Below are positions 52,056 to 62,241 of a stretch of 64,000 nt of DNA, piece after piece (within the stretch, counting starts at the first letter, position 1; the number at the start of each line of letters is the position of its first letter). The stretch lies in NCBI RefSeq assembly GCF_000006765.1, contig NC_002516.2. One strand, given 5' to 3'. The translations under genes were made by a program, and so were the position numbers. The notes beneath the pieces are model-generated. The model saw nothing but the letters and a program-made list of their open reading frames with translations. It was not told the DNA's origin and made no database searches. The stretch is from Pseudomonas aeruginosa PAO1. GTDB taxonomy: Bacteria > Pseudomonadota > Gammaproteobacteria > Pseudomonadales > Pseudomonadaceae.

Positions 52056-54911
52056 TCAACGAGCCTGGCGCAAACCTTCCTCCAGGGCATGGGCCGGCAA
52101 CGGCCGGCCGATCAGGTAGCCCTGCAGCTCGTCGCAACGCTGGGCCACCAGGAAGTCCCGCTGTTCGATGGTTTCCACGCCTTCGGCGACCACCTTCAGG
52201 TCGAGGCTGTGGGCCATGGCGATGATCGCCCGGATGATCGCCGCATCCTCGCTGTTCTGGGTCAGGTCGCGGACGAACGACTGGTCGATCTTCAGGTAGT
52301 CCAGCGGCAGGCGCTTCAGGTAGCTGAGCGAGGAATAGCCGGTGCCGAAGTCGTCGACCGATAGCTTCACCCCCATCTCGCGCAACTGGCGGAAGGTCGC
52401 CAGGACACTATCGAGGGCGTCCAGCCACTGGCTTTCGGTCAACTCCAGCTCCAGTTGCGCCGCCGGCAGGCCGCTGTCGGCAAGCGCCGAGCGCACTACG
52501 TCGAGCAGGTCGCCCTGGCGCAACTGGTGGACCGAGAGGTTCACCGAGACCCGCAGGTTCAGGCCCCGCTGGCTCCACTCGGCGGCCTGCAGGCAGGCCC
52601 GGCGCAGGACGAATTCACCGATCTCGCCGATCAACCCGCACTCCTCGGCGAGGCCGATGAAGGTCGACGGCGGGATCATGCCCTCCTCCGGATGGTGCCA
52701 GCGCACCAGCGCCTCGACCGAGTCCGGGCGGGCGCTGGCCAGGCACAGCTTGGGCTGGTAATGCACGTCCAGCTGGCCCTCCTCGACCGCCTTGCGCAAC
52801 CGGGTTTCCAGGCGCAGGCGTTCGAGGGTGCTGTCCTGCAGGTTGTCGCGGAAGAACTGGAAGGTATTGCCGCCGAGTTGCTTGGCATGTTGCATCGCCA
52901 GGTTCGCCTGGCTCATCAGCACGGAGATTTCCCGTGCCTGCTCGGAAAACAGGCTGATCCCCAGCGAGGCGCCGAGGATCAACTCGTGGCCGAGCACGCT
53001 CACCGGCTGGCGCAACTGGACCAGCAGGCGTTCGGCCAGGCGCGACAGGGCCGCGGTGCCGGTGCCGCCATCGAGGAGAATGGCGAACTCGTCGCCGGCC
53101 AGACGCGCCAGGGTGTTGGCTTCCGGCGCGGTGCGCCGCAGGCGCTGGGCCATCTCCCTGAGCAACTGGTCGGCGACCTCGTGGCCGAGGCTGTCGTTGA
53201 GCAGCTTGAAGCGGTCCAGGTCGATCAGCAGCAGGGCCAGCCCGCCCTCCTCCTGGCGCGCCCGCTGGGCCGCCTCGTGCAGCCGCTCGCGGAACAACCG
53301 GCGGTTGGCCAGGCCGGTCAGTTCGTCGTAGTGCAGCAGGTGACGCAGGCGCTCCTCGACGTCGCGGCGGGCACTGAGATCGGTGAAGAAACCGACGATG
53401 TGGGTCGCCTCGCCATTGCCGTCGCGCAGCAGGTTGAGCTGCAGCCATTGGGGATAGGGATCGCCATTCTTCCGCGTATCCACCAGTTCGCCCTGCCACT
53501 GCCCGTGCTGGCGCAGCTCGGCGCGGATCTGCCGGTAGTGGCGCTGGGCCTCGGGGGTATTCACCAGCAGGCTGGCGTTGCGCCCGACCACGTCCTCGCG
53601 GCGATAGCCGGTGATGCGACTGAAGGCCTGGTTGACCGCCAGCAGGTTGTAGGCCGGATCGAGGATCACGATGCTCTCGCTGGCCGCCTCGAACACTGTC
53701 GCGGCCAGTTGCTGCTGCTCTTCCAGGCGCTTGCGCGCGCTGATGTCGCTGCGCGTGCCGAGCATCCGCGTCACCCGTCCCCGCGGGTCGCGAGCCATGG
53801 CCCGGCCACGATCCTCCAGCCAGCGCCAGCCGCCCTCCCGGTCGCGCACGCGGTACTCCACCCGGTACAGCTCGCTGCGCCCCTTGAGATGTTCGGCGAG
53901 GGCGCGACGGATGCGCGGCAGGTCGCCGGGGTGGATGCTTTCGATCAGCCTGCGATAGTCCTCGGGACCGTCCCCGGCGTCGCTGAAGACCGCCTCGAGA
54001 TAGGAATGCTGGACCCGGCCGCTCTCCAGGTCCCAGTCCCACAACCCCAGTTCGCTGGCCTCCAGGGCCATGGCCAGGCGCGCCTCGCTCTGGCTGAGCG
54101 CCTGGCTGGTCGCGCCAAGCTCCTCGGTGCGCGCCTCCACCCGGCGCTGCAAGGCGTCGCGGGCGGCGCGCAGCTCGCGTTCGACCAGGCGCCGCTGGCC
54201 GACCTCCTGGGCGAGCTTGCGATTGAGCGCTTCGGCCTCGGCGTTGACGCGTTCCAGGTGCAGGTTCAGCGCCTGGGTCTGGAAGCGTCGCAGCAGCGCG
54301 CCCTGCACCAGCCGGTGGATCTGCCCGGCGACCACCAGCAGCGCCACCAGCAGGATCAGGCCGAGCACGCCCCAGCCCTGCAACAGGCTATGCGGCTGCA
54401 ACAGCAGGAAAACGATGGATGGCAGCAGGCCCGGCAAGGCGAAGGTGAGGAAGGCCGGCAGGCTCACCGCATAGGCGACGCTGGCGGAGAGGATCGCCGC
54501 CGCCACCAGGCCGAACACCAGCACCTGCTGGAGGAAGGCATCGGCCGGGACCAGCATGATCACCGCGAACGCCAGGGTCAGGCCCGAGGCGCCGGCGCCG
54601 CACAGGAAGGTCCGCCGCCAGTGGCGGCTGGCCTGGCGACGGCTATCGGCCTGCTGGAAGGCGGCGACCTGCAGCAGGCGCAGGACGGCGAGCAACACCA
54701 GCCAGACCAGCCAGCCGCCGAGCAGCCAACTGCTGACCTTGCCCCACACCAGGCAGGCGCTGGTCACGCCGCCGAGCAGCATGAGCAGGGTCGGCGTGCG
54801 CGAGCCGAGATAAAGGAGCCGGGTACGCTCGATGGCGATTTCGCGGGCGTAGAGCCGCAGTACATCGGTGCTGCCGCCCGGCAGCGCCAAGGGCTCGACA
54901 TGGACGGTCAT
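52056..54911 (-). CDS. Membrane-bound PAS-PAS-GGDEF-EAL c-di-GMP enzyme
   Basis: N-terminal TM helices, two PAS/PAC domains, AGDEF, VEALVRW, DDFGTGYSSL; start MTVHVEP. Confidence 0.92.
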   Translation of the reverse strand: MTVHVEPLALPGGSTDVLRLYAREIAIERTRLLYLGSRTPTLLMLLGGVTSACLVWGKVSSWLLGGWLVWLVLLAVLRLLQVAAFQQADSRRQASRHWRRTFLCGAGASGLTLAFAVIMLVPADAFLQQVLVFGLVAAAILSASVAYAVSLPAFLTFALPGLLPSIVFLLLQPHSLLQGWGVLGLILLVALLVVAGQIHRLVQGALLRRFQTQALNLHLERVNAEAEALNRKLAQEVGQRRLVERELRAARDALQRRVEARTEELGATSQALSQSEARLAMALEASELGLWDWDLESGRVQHSYLEAVFSDAGDGPEDYRRLIESIHPGDLPRIRRALAEHLKGRSELYRVEYRVRDREGGWRWLEDRGRAMARDPRGRVTRMLGTRSDISARKRLEEQQQLAATVFEAASESIVILDPAYNLLAVNQAFSRITGYRREDVVGRNASLLVNTPEAQRHYRQIRAELRQHGQWQGELVDTRKNGDPYPQWLQLNLLRDGNGEATHIVGFFTDLSARRDVEERLRHLLHYDELTGLANRRLFRERLHEAAQRARQEEGGLALLLIDLDRFKLLNDSLGHEVADQLLREMAQRLRRTAPEANTLARLAGDEFAILLDGGTGTAALSRLAERLLVQLRQPVSVLGHELILGASLGISLFSEQAREISVLMSQANLAMQHAKQLGGNTFQFFRDNLQDSTLERLRLETRLRKAVEEGQLDVHYQPKLCLASARPDSVEALVRWHHPEEGMIPPSTFIGLAEECGLIGEIGEFVLRRACLQAAEWSQRGLNLRVSVNLSVHQLRQGDLLDVVRSALADSGLPAAQLELELTESQWLDALDSVLATFRQLREMGVKLSVDDFGTGYSSLSYLKRLPLDYLKIDQSFVRDLTQNSEDAAIIRAIIAMAHSLDLKVVAEGVETIEQRDFLVAQRCDELQGYLIGRPLPAHALEEGLRQAR

Positions 54912-55087
54912 AGGCGCTTGTTCTTGTAGTGGTTTGCCTTGAAGTGGCCGGAGCATAACCGAGCAGGGGCAGGCTGCCCAAGGCCGGGATAGAGCATTTT
55001 TCCGCAGCCAGGCCCGACGCTGCGCCGGCCTGCGCCGAATGGCGGCCCGGTTTGCCCGGCTTTTCCCCGCCCCGGTAGAATGCCGCG

Positions 55088-57274
55088 ATGAACGACGACC
55101 TCTCCCTCCTGCTGAACTCCCTCAACGACCCGCAGCGCCAGGCCGTGGCCGCGCCGCTGGGCCGCCAACTGGTCCTCGCCGGCGCCGGCTCGGGCAAGAC
55201 CCGCGTGCTGGTGCACCGGATCGCCTGGCTGATCCAGGTCGAGCACGCCTCGCCCTACAGCATCCTGTCGGTGACCTTCACCAACAAGGCGGCGGCGGAG
55301 ATGCGCCACCGCATCGAGCAGTTGCTCGGGATCAATCCGGCGGGCATGTGGGTCGGCACCTTCCACGGCCTCGCCCATCGCCTGCTGCGCGCGCACTGGC
55401 GCGAGGCCGGGCTGAGCGAGAACTTCCAGATCCTCGACAGCGACGACCAGCAACGCCTGGTCAAGCGGGTGATCCGCGAACTCGGCCTCGACGAGCAGCG
55501 CTGGCCGGCGCGCCAGGCCCAGTGGTTCATCAACGGGCAGAAGGACGAGGGCCTGCGGCCGCAACACATCCAGCCCGGCGGCGACCTGTTCCTCGCCACC
55601 ATGCTGAAGATCTACGAAGCCTACGAGGCGGCCTGCGCCCGCGCCGGGGTGATCGACTTCTCCGAGCTGCTGCTGCGCGCCCTGGACCTCTGGCGCGACC
55701 ATCCCGGCGTGCTCGAGCACTACCAGCGGCGCTTCCGCCATATCCTGGTGGACGAGTTCCAGGACACCAACGCCGTGCAATACGCCTGGCTGCGGATTCT
55801 CGCCAAGGGCGGCGACAGCCTGATGGTGGTCGGCGACGACGACCAGTCGATCTACGGCTGGCGTGGCGCACGGATCGAGAACATCCAGCAGTTCAGCGAC
55901 GACTTCGCCGATGCCGAGGTGATCCGCCTGGAGCAGAACTACCGTTCCACCGCGTCGATCCTCAAGGCCGCCAACGCCCTGATCGCCAACAACCAGGGAC
56001 GCCTGGGCAAGGAGTTGTGGACCGACGGCGAGGACGGCGAGTCGCTGAGCCTGTACGCCGCGTTCAACGAGCACGACGAGGCGCGCTACGTGGTCGAGTC
56101 GATCGAGAGCGCGCTCAAGGGCGGCCTGGCGCGCAGCGAGATCGCCATCCTCTACCGCTCCAACGCCCAGTCGCGGGTGCTGGAGGAAGCCCTGCTGCGG
56201 GAGAAGATTCCCTACCGCATCTACGGCGGCCAGCGCTTCTTCGAGCGTGCCGAGATCAAGAACGCCATGGCCTACCTGCGCCTGCTCGACGGCCGCGGCA
56301 ACGACGCGGCGCTGGAACGGGTGGTCAACGTGCCGGCACGCGGCATCGGCGAGAAGACCGTGGAGAGCATCCGCGAATTCGCCCGCGGCAACGATGTGTC
56401 GATGTGGGAGGCGATCCGCCTGATGATCGCCAACAAGGTCCTGCCCGGCCGCGCCGCCAGCGCCCTGACCGGCTTCGTCGAGCTGATCGAGAATCTTTCG
56501 GCGAAGGTCATGGACATGCCGCTGCACCTGATGACCCAGACGGTGATCGAGCAGTCCGGACTGATCAGCTACCACAAGGAAGAAAAAGGCGAGAAAGGCC
56601 AGGCCCGGGTGGAGAACCTCGAGGAACTGGTCAGCGCCGCCCGCGCCTTCGAGAACAGCGAGGAAGAGGAAGACCTCACCCCGCTGCAGGCCTTCCTCAG
56701 CCACGCCTCCCTGGAGGCCGGGGAAACCCAGGCCGACGCCCACGAGGACAGTGTCCAGCTGATGACCCTGCACAGCGCCAAGGGCCTGGAGTTCCCGCTG
56801 GTGTTCCTGGTCGGCATGGAGGAAGGGCTGTTCCCGCACAAGATGAGCCTGGAGGAATCCGGCCGCCTGGAAGAGGAACGCCGCCTGGCCTACGTCGGCG
56901 TCACCCGCGCCATGCAGCGACTGGTCCTGACCTACGCGGAGACCCGCCGGCTCTACGGTAGCGAGACCTACAACAAGGTTTCGCGCTTCATCCGCGAGAT
57001 CCCGCCGGCGCTGATCCAGGAAGTGCGCCTGTCCAATACCGTCAGCCGCCCCTACGGCGGCACCTCGCGCAGTGCCGGCGGCAACCTCTTCAGCGGCGCC
57101 GGGGTGCCGGAGACGCCCTTCTCCCTCGGCCAGCGGGTGCGCCACGCGCTGTTCGGCGAAGGGACTATCCTCAACTTCGAAGGCGCCGGCGCCCAGGCCC
57201 GGGTGCAGGTGAATTTCGAGAGCGAAGGCAGCAAGTGGCTGATGCTCGGCTACGCCAAGCTGGAAGCCCTGTAG
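55088..57274 (+). CDS. uvrD: DNA helicase II
   Basis: AGAGSGKT, TFTNKAA, VDEFQDTN, GDDDQSIY, LEQNYRS, TLHSAKGLEF. Confidence 0.98.
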   Translation: MNDDLSLLLNSLNDPQRQAVAAPLGRQLVLAGAGSGKTRVLVHRIAWLIQVEHASPYSILSVTFTNKAAAEMRHRIEQLLGINPAGMWVGTFHGLAHRLLRAHWREAGLSENFQILDSDDQQRLVKRVIRELGLDEQRWPARQAQWFINGQKDEGLRPQHIQPGGDLFLATMLKIYEAYEAACARAGVIDFSELLLRALDLWRDHPGVLEHYQRRFRHILVDEFQDTNAVQYAWLRILAKGGDSLMVVGDDDQSIYGWRGARIENIQQFSDDFADAEVIRLEQNYRSTASILKAANALIANNQGRLGKELWTDGEDGESLSLYAAFNEHDEARYVVESIESALKGGLARSEIAILYRSNAQSRVLEEALLREKIPYRIYGGQRFFERAEIKNAMAYLRLLDGRGNDAALERVVNVPARGIGEKTVESIREFARGNDVSMWEAIRLMIANKVLPGRAASALTGFVELIENLSAKVMDMPLHLMTQTVIEQSGLISYHKEEKGEKGQARVENLEELVSAARAFENSEEEEDLTPLQAFLSHASLEAGETQADAHEDSVQLMTLHSAKGLEFPLVFLVGMEEGLFPHKMSLEESGRLEEERRLAYVGVTRAMQRLVLTYAETRRLYGSETYNKVSRFIREIPPALIQEVRLSNTVSRPYGGTSRSAGGNLFSGAGVPETPFSLGQRVRHALFGEGTILNFEGAGAQARVQVNFESEGSKWLMLGYAKLEAL

Positions 57275-57311
57275 CGGCGCAGCCCGTGGAGAAGGCCCGG
57301 AGGAGGACGAC

Positions 57312-57740
57312 ATGCTGGCATCCTGGGCCTTCTGGGCACTGCTTTCGGCGCTGTTCGCCGCGCTGACCGCGATCTTCGCCAAGATCGGCCTCGACCGGGT
57401 CGATTCGGACTTCGCCACCTTCATCCGCACCCTGGTGATCCTCGTCACCCTCGGCGGCATCCTCGCGGTCCTGGGCAAGTTCCAGGCCCCGGGCAGCATC
57501 CTGCCGCGCAGCTGGCTGTTCCTGGTGCTCTCCGGGCTGGCCACCGGTGCCTCCTGGATCTGCTATTTCCGCGCCCTCAAGCTCGGCCCGGCGTCGCTGG
57601 TGGCGCCGCTGGACAAGTTCAGCGTGGTGCTGGTGGCACTGCTCGGCGTGGCCTTCCTCGGCGAACGCCTGGACCTGCGCCAATGGCTCGGCGTAGCCCT
57701 GGTGACAGCGGGCGTGGTGGTCCTGGCAATCCGCCCATAA
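57312..57740 (+). CDS. EamA/DMT-family transporter
   Basis: WALLSALFAALTAIFAKIG; SWICYFRAL..GPAS.VAPLDK. Confidence 0.88.
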   Translation: MLASWAFWALLSALFAALTAIFAKIGLDRVDSDFATFIRTLVILVTLGGILAVLGKFQAPGSILPRSWLFLVLSGLATGASWICYFRALKLGPASLVAPLDKFSVVLVALLGVAFLGERLDLRQWLGVALVTAGVVVLAIRP

Positions 57741-57837
57741 GCCCGCTGAATGGCGCTTCGACCTTGGTATAAAGGCGAAAAATCGCGGAAACCCTAGACT
57801 GGCGGCCTCTAATAATTCGTCGTCTGAGGTTCGTTCC

Positions 57838-59331
57838 ATGTACCGTGATCGCGTGCGCCTGCCCTCCCTGCTCGACAAGGTGATGAGTGCGGCCGAAGCC
57901 GCCGACCTGATCCAGGACGGCATGACCGTCGGCATGAGCGGTTTCACCCGCGCCGGCGAGGCCAAGGCCGTACCCCAGGCGCTGGCCATGCGCGCCAAGG
58001 AACGTCCGCTGCGTATCAGCCTGATGACCGGCGCCAGCCTCGGCAACGACCTCGACAAGCAGCTCACCGAGGCCGGCGTGCTCGCCCGGCGCATGCCGTT
58101 CCAGGTCGACAGCACCCTGCGCAAGGCGATCAACGCCGGCGAAGTGATGTTCATCGACCAGCACCTCTCGGAAACCGTCGAGCAGTTGCGCAACCACCAG
58201 CTGAAGCTGCCGGACATCGCCGTCATCGAAGCCGCCGCGATCACCGAGCAGGGCCACATCGTGCCGACCACCTCGGTGGGCAACTCGGCGAGCTTCGCGA
58301 TCTTCGCCAAGCAGGTCATCGTCGAGATCAACCTGGCCCACAGCACCAACCTGGAAGGCCTGCACGACATCTATATCCCGACCTACCGGCCGACCCGCAC
58401 GCCGATCCCGCTGACCCGCGTCGACGACCGCATCGGCAGCACGGCGATCCCGATCCCGCCGGAGAAGATCGTCGCCATCGTCATCAACGACCAGCCGGAC
58501 TCGCCATCCACCGTGCTGCCGCCGGACGGCGAGACCCAGGCCATCGCCAACCACCTGATCGATTTCTTCAAGCGCGAGGTCGACGCCGGGCGCATGAGCA
58601 ACAGCCTCGGCCCGCTGCAGGCCGGTATCGGCAGCATCGCCAACGCGGTGATGTGCGGCCTGATCGAGTCGCCGTTCGAGAACCTGACCATGTACTCCGA
58701 AGTGCTGCAGGACTCGACCTTCGACCTGATCGACGCCGGCAAGCTGCGCTTCGCCTCGGGCAGCTCGATCACCCTGTCGCCGCGGCGCAACGCCGACGTG
58801 TTCGGTAACCTGGAGCGCTACAAGGACAAGCTGGTGCTGCGCCCGCAGGAAATCTCCAACCACCCCGAGGTGGTCCGTCGCCTGGGCATCATCGGCATCA
58901 ATACGGCGCTGGAGTTCGACATCTACGGCAACGTCAACTCGACCCACGTCGGCGGCACCAAGATGATGAACGGCATCGGCGGCTCCGGCGACTTCGCCCG
59001 CAACGCGCACCTGGCGATCTTCGTCACCAAGTCGATCGCCAAGGGCGGCAACATTTCCAGCGTGGTGCCGATGGTCAGCCACGTCGACCACACCGAGCAC
59101 GACGTCGACATCCTCGTCACCGAGCAGGGCCTCGCCGACCTGCGCGGCCTGGCGCCTCGCGAACGGGCCCGGGTGATCATCGAGAACTGTGTCCACCCGT
59201 CCTACCAGGCACCGCTGCTGGACTACTTCGAGGCGGCTTGCGCGAAAGGCGGCCACACGCCGCATCTGTTGCGCGAGGCGCTGGCCTGGCACCTGAACCT
59301 GGAAGAACGCGGACACATGCTGGCCGGCTGA
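57838..59331 (+). CDS. Acetyl-CoA hydrolase/transferase (succinate CoA-transferase type)
   Basis: SGFT.AG..K, QAGIGSIANAV, YSEVLQD, NGIGGSGDFARN. Confidence 0.92.
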   Translation: MYRDRVRLPSLLDKVMSAAEAADLIQDGMTVGMSGFTRAGEAKAVPQALAMRAKERPLRISLMTGASLGNDLDKQLTEAGVLARRMPFQVDSTLRKAINAGEVMFIDQHLSETVEQLRNHQLKLPDIAVIEAAAITEQGHIVPTTSVGNSASFAIFAKQVIVEINLAHSTNLEGLHDIYIPTYRPTRTPIPLTRVDDRIGSTAIPIPPEKIVAIVINDQPDSPSTVLPPDGETQAIANHLIDFFKREVDAGRMSNSLGPLQAGIGSIANAVMCGLIESPFENLTMYSEVLQDSTFDLIDAGKLRFASGSSITLSPRRNADVFGNLERYKDKLVLRPQEISNHPEVVRRLGIIGINTALEFDIYGNVNSTHVGGTKMMNGIGGSGDFARNAHLAIFVTKSIAKGGNISSVVPMVSHVDHTEHDVDILVTEQGLADLRGLAPRERARVIIENCVHPSYQAPLLDYFEAACAKGGHTPHLLREALAWHLNLEERGHMLAG

Positions 59332-59708
59332 GGCTGAACCGTTTCATCCGCAACTATTTCCAGCGCCCGGACGATTAATTCTTCCGGGCGTCTGGACAGG
59401 GCAGAAAAAACCACGTAAAAACATATTTCGGCGGCCTTTTCTCTTGCCGCCATCGCAACACGCCGACTCGGCCCTTCCGCTTTTCCTGCTGTAACACTTC
59501 GTTGTTTCTTTCGGTAACGCACCATGACGGTGCAGAGCGGTACAGTTACGCACCGAAACAACCCATACAGTTCGGAAACACACCCCGGTGATCCAACGCA
59601 ATTCTCCGCAACTGTTCCTATTCTTGTTGACCTGTTAGTCAGATCATATTGCTCAGTTAATCACTAGCAACCTGACTACCCACCACAAGTGGGAAGGATC
59701 GACACATC

Positions 59709-59912
59709 ATGGAACGTACCCTCGGTTCCAACACTTTCGACATCGCTCGCTCCAACCGCCGCAGCAGCAGCCTGCTGGGCACCATGAAACTGTGGCAGCG
59801 CCGCATCCAGAGCCGTCGCCAGCTGGCCCGCCTGGACTCCCGCCTGCTCGCCGACGCCGGCATCAGCGAAGCCCAGCGCTACGCCGAGCTGAACAAGCCG
59901 TTCTGGCGCTAA
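59709..59912 (+). CDS. DUF1127-family small protein
   Basis: WQRR..SRRQLARLDSRLLADAGIS..KPFWR; SD GGAAGG. Confidence 0.9.
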   Translation: MERTLGSNTFDIARSNRRSSSLLGTMKLWQRRIQSRRQLARLDSRLLADAGISEAQRYAELNKPFWR

Positions 59913-59967
59913 GCGATACTGTAACGCCCCGGTTCGGCCCAGCCTGAACTGTACCGTAGGCCGCTCC

Positions 59968-61113
59968 TTACCGAGCGGCCTTCACGTATCTGGAAGAAGC
60001 CTTTTCCTCCAGCAGTTCACGGTACAGCTCGCTCCAGCGACGCCCCATCTCTTCGGCGGTGAACAGTTGCCGATAGCGGGCCTCCGCGTTCCTGCCCATT
60101 TCCTCCGCCTGCTGCGGATGCTCCCAGAGCCAGCGCATCGCTTGGCGAAACGCGGCCGGCTGGCTGGGCGGCACGACCAGGCCGGTCTCGCCATGGATAT
60201 TGATGTAGCTGGTGCCGGTGCCGATCTCGCTGGAGATCATCGGCTTGCCGTACATCGCGCCCTCCAGCAGGGAGATGCCGAACGCCTCGGAACGCAGGTG
60301 CGACGGAAAGACCATGGCGTAGCTGAGTTGCAGCAGGGCGACCTTGTCCTCGTCGTCCACCCGCCCGAGGAAGTGCACGTTGCGCAACCCCAGCGCCGCG
60401 GCCTGGGCATACAGCTCGGCCTGCAACGGCCCGGCACCGACGATCACCACCGGGTAATCGGTGCCCTGCAACGCATCCAGCAGGATATGCAGGCCCTTGT
60501 AGTAGCGCATCACCCCGACGAACAGGAAGAACCGCGGCCCGAGTTTCTCTCGCCAGTGCTCCAGACGCTGTGTCGCAGGCTTCGGGTAGCCGTCCTTGTC
60601 CAGGCCGTAGGTGATCACCCGGGTCTTTTCTCGGTACTGGCGGAGCACGTCGCTGGTACTGAAGTAGTTGGGCGAGGCTGCGACGATGCGATCCACGCTG
60701 TGGAGGAAACGACTCATCAGCGGCCGGTACAGTTTCAACAGGACGCGCTGGCGGATGATGTCCGAATGGTAGGTGACCACGCTCGGCTTGTTCATACCGG
60801 TGAGGAAATGCACCAGGTCCATGAACGGCCAGGGGAAGTGGTAGTTGACCACGTCCGCCTCCGCCGCCAGCTCGCGGAACTGCTTGAACACGCTCAGGGA
60901 AAACCCGGTGGAAGCGAGCTGCAGGTCGAGCCTGGCGCGATGCACCACATGTCCGCCGAAGGGCACGACAGGCGGATGCGGGTCGCTGCTCAGGGTCAGG
61001 ACGTGGTTGTCGATCCCCCACGACCCGCTGCTCTCGCAAAGCTGGAAGATCACCTGTTCGATCCCGCCTACCGTTTCGCTCAGGTAGGTCTTGTAGAAGT
61101 GCAGTACCCGCAT
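59968..61113 (-). CDS. wbpZ: GT4 glycosyltransferase, A-band (CPA) LPS
   Basis: GGIEQVI, YYKGL, SEAFGISLLEGAMYG; cluster order. Confidence 0.92.
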   Translation of the reverse strand: MRVLHFYKTYLSETVGGIEQVIFQLCESSGSWGIDNHVLTLSSDPHPPVVPFGGHVVHRARLDLQLASTGFSLSVFKQFRELAAEADVVNYHFPWPFMDLVHFLTGMNKPSVVTYHSDIIRQRVLLKLYRPLMSRFLHSVDRIVAASPNYFSTSDVLRQYREKTRVITYGLDKDGYPKPATQRLEHWREKLGPRFFLFVGVMRYYKGLHILLDALQGTDYPVVIVGAGPLQAELYAQAAALGLRNVHFLGRVDDEDKVALLQLSYAMVFPSHLRSEAFGISLLEGAMYGKPMISSEIGTGTSYINIHGETGLVVPPSQPAAFRQAMRWLWEHPQQAEEMGRNAEARYRQLFTAEEMGRRWSELYRELLEEKASSRYVKAAR

Positions 61114-62241
61114 TCAGCCCTCCACGGCACGACGATAGGCTGCAGCGGTGAGATTCGCGCAACGCTTCCAGGAAAACTGCTCCGCCCGTCGCAGGCCGGC
61201 TTCCCGGCAGCACTCCCAGTAGACGGTATCCTCGGTCATGCGGACCAGCATGTCAGATAGCCCATTGGCATCATCCGGGTCAATATAGCTGCCCGCCTCG
61301 CCGGCCACCTCCGGCATTGCGGAGAGTCGCGTGAGCAATACCGGCGTGCCGCTGGCCATGGCTTCCAGCACAGGCAGGCCGAAGCCTTCGTAGATCGAGG
61401 GGAAGACCAGCGCCCGAGCGCCCGACATCAACTCGGCGACCCGCTCGTCCGGCAGGTAGCCGAGCAGCCGCACCGTTCCCGAAGCCAGCGCCTGGCGCAG
61501 TTCGTCGTCGAGCGAGCGACTTTCCCATCCCGGCATGCCGACGATCATCAGCGGAAAACGCTGGCGGACCGCCGCCGGCAGTTGCCCATGGGCGCGCAGG
61601 GCCAGCGACAGGTTCTTGCGCGGTTCGAGGGTTCCTACGCAGAGGAAATACCCGCGCGGCACCAGGCCATGCGCGCGCAAGGGCTCGCGCAGGGACTCCC
61701 GGTCCCGCGGACGGAACCGCGCGGCATGGCCGAGGGGCGCCACCACGAAGCGCTCGCGCGGCAGGCCGAAATACGCCTGCGCCTCGTCGGCGATCGCCTG
61801 CGAGTCGGTCAGGATCAACCGCGCCTTTTCCATCCCGCGCGCCAGCCGGCGTTCTATTTCGCGCAAGCGGGCGGCGGGTTGCGTCGCCGGATAATGCAGG
61901 TGGGTCAGGTCGTGCAGGGTCATCAGCATCGGCCCGTCGAAGTCCAGCGGCCAGAGACTGGGCTCATGGTAGAGATCGACCGGCGGCCGACCGCTATCGA
62001 AACGCCGCTGCTCCAGCCAGCGTCGTGCCCGGTAGGCTCCGGGCAGGTTGCGCAGCCAGGGCGACAGACGCGAATAGCCGGGCAGCGCCGCCGCCGGCAG
62101 GTCGCCGCTCCAGCCCCAGCCATGGAACAGGGAAAACTCGAAGTCCGCGTGCGCCTGCAACGCGCCCAGCAACTCGACCAGGTAATGCCCGATGCCGGTC
62201 CGCGGCGCCTGGAGAATCCGCGCGTTAACCGCAATCCGCAT
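61114..62241 (-). CDS. wbpY: GT4 rhamnosyltransferase, A-band LPS
   Basis: RTGIGHY, GTLEPRKNL, YEGFGLPVLEAM; 375 aa. Confidence 0.92.
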   Translation of the reverse strand: MRIAVNARILQAPRTGIGHYLVELLGALQAHADFEFSLFHGWGWSGDLPAAALPGYSRLSPWLRNLPGAYRARRWLEQRRFDSGRPPVDLYHEPSLWPLDFDGPMLMTLHDLTHLHYPATQPAARLREIERRLARGMEKARLILTDSQAIADEAQAYFGLPRERFVVAPLGHAARFRPRDRESLREPLRAHGLVPRGYFLCVGTLEPRKNLSLALRAHGQLPAAVRQRFPLMIVGMPGWESRSLDDELRQALASGTVRLLGYLPDERVAELMSGARALVFPSIYEGFGLPVLEAMASGTPVLLTRLSAMPEVAGEAGSYIDPDDANGLSDMLVRMTEDTVYWECCREAGLRRAEQFSWKRCANLTAAAYRRAVEG

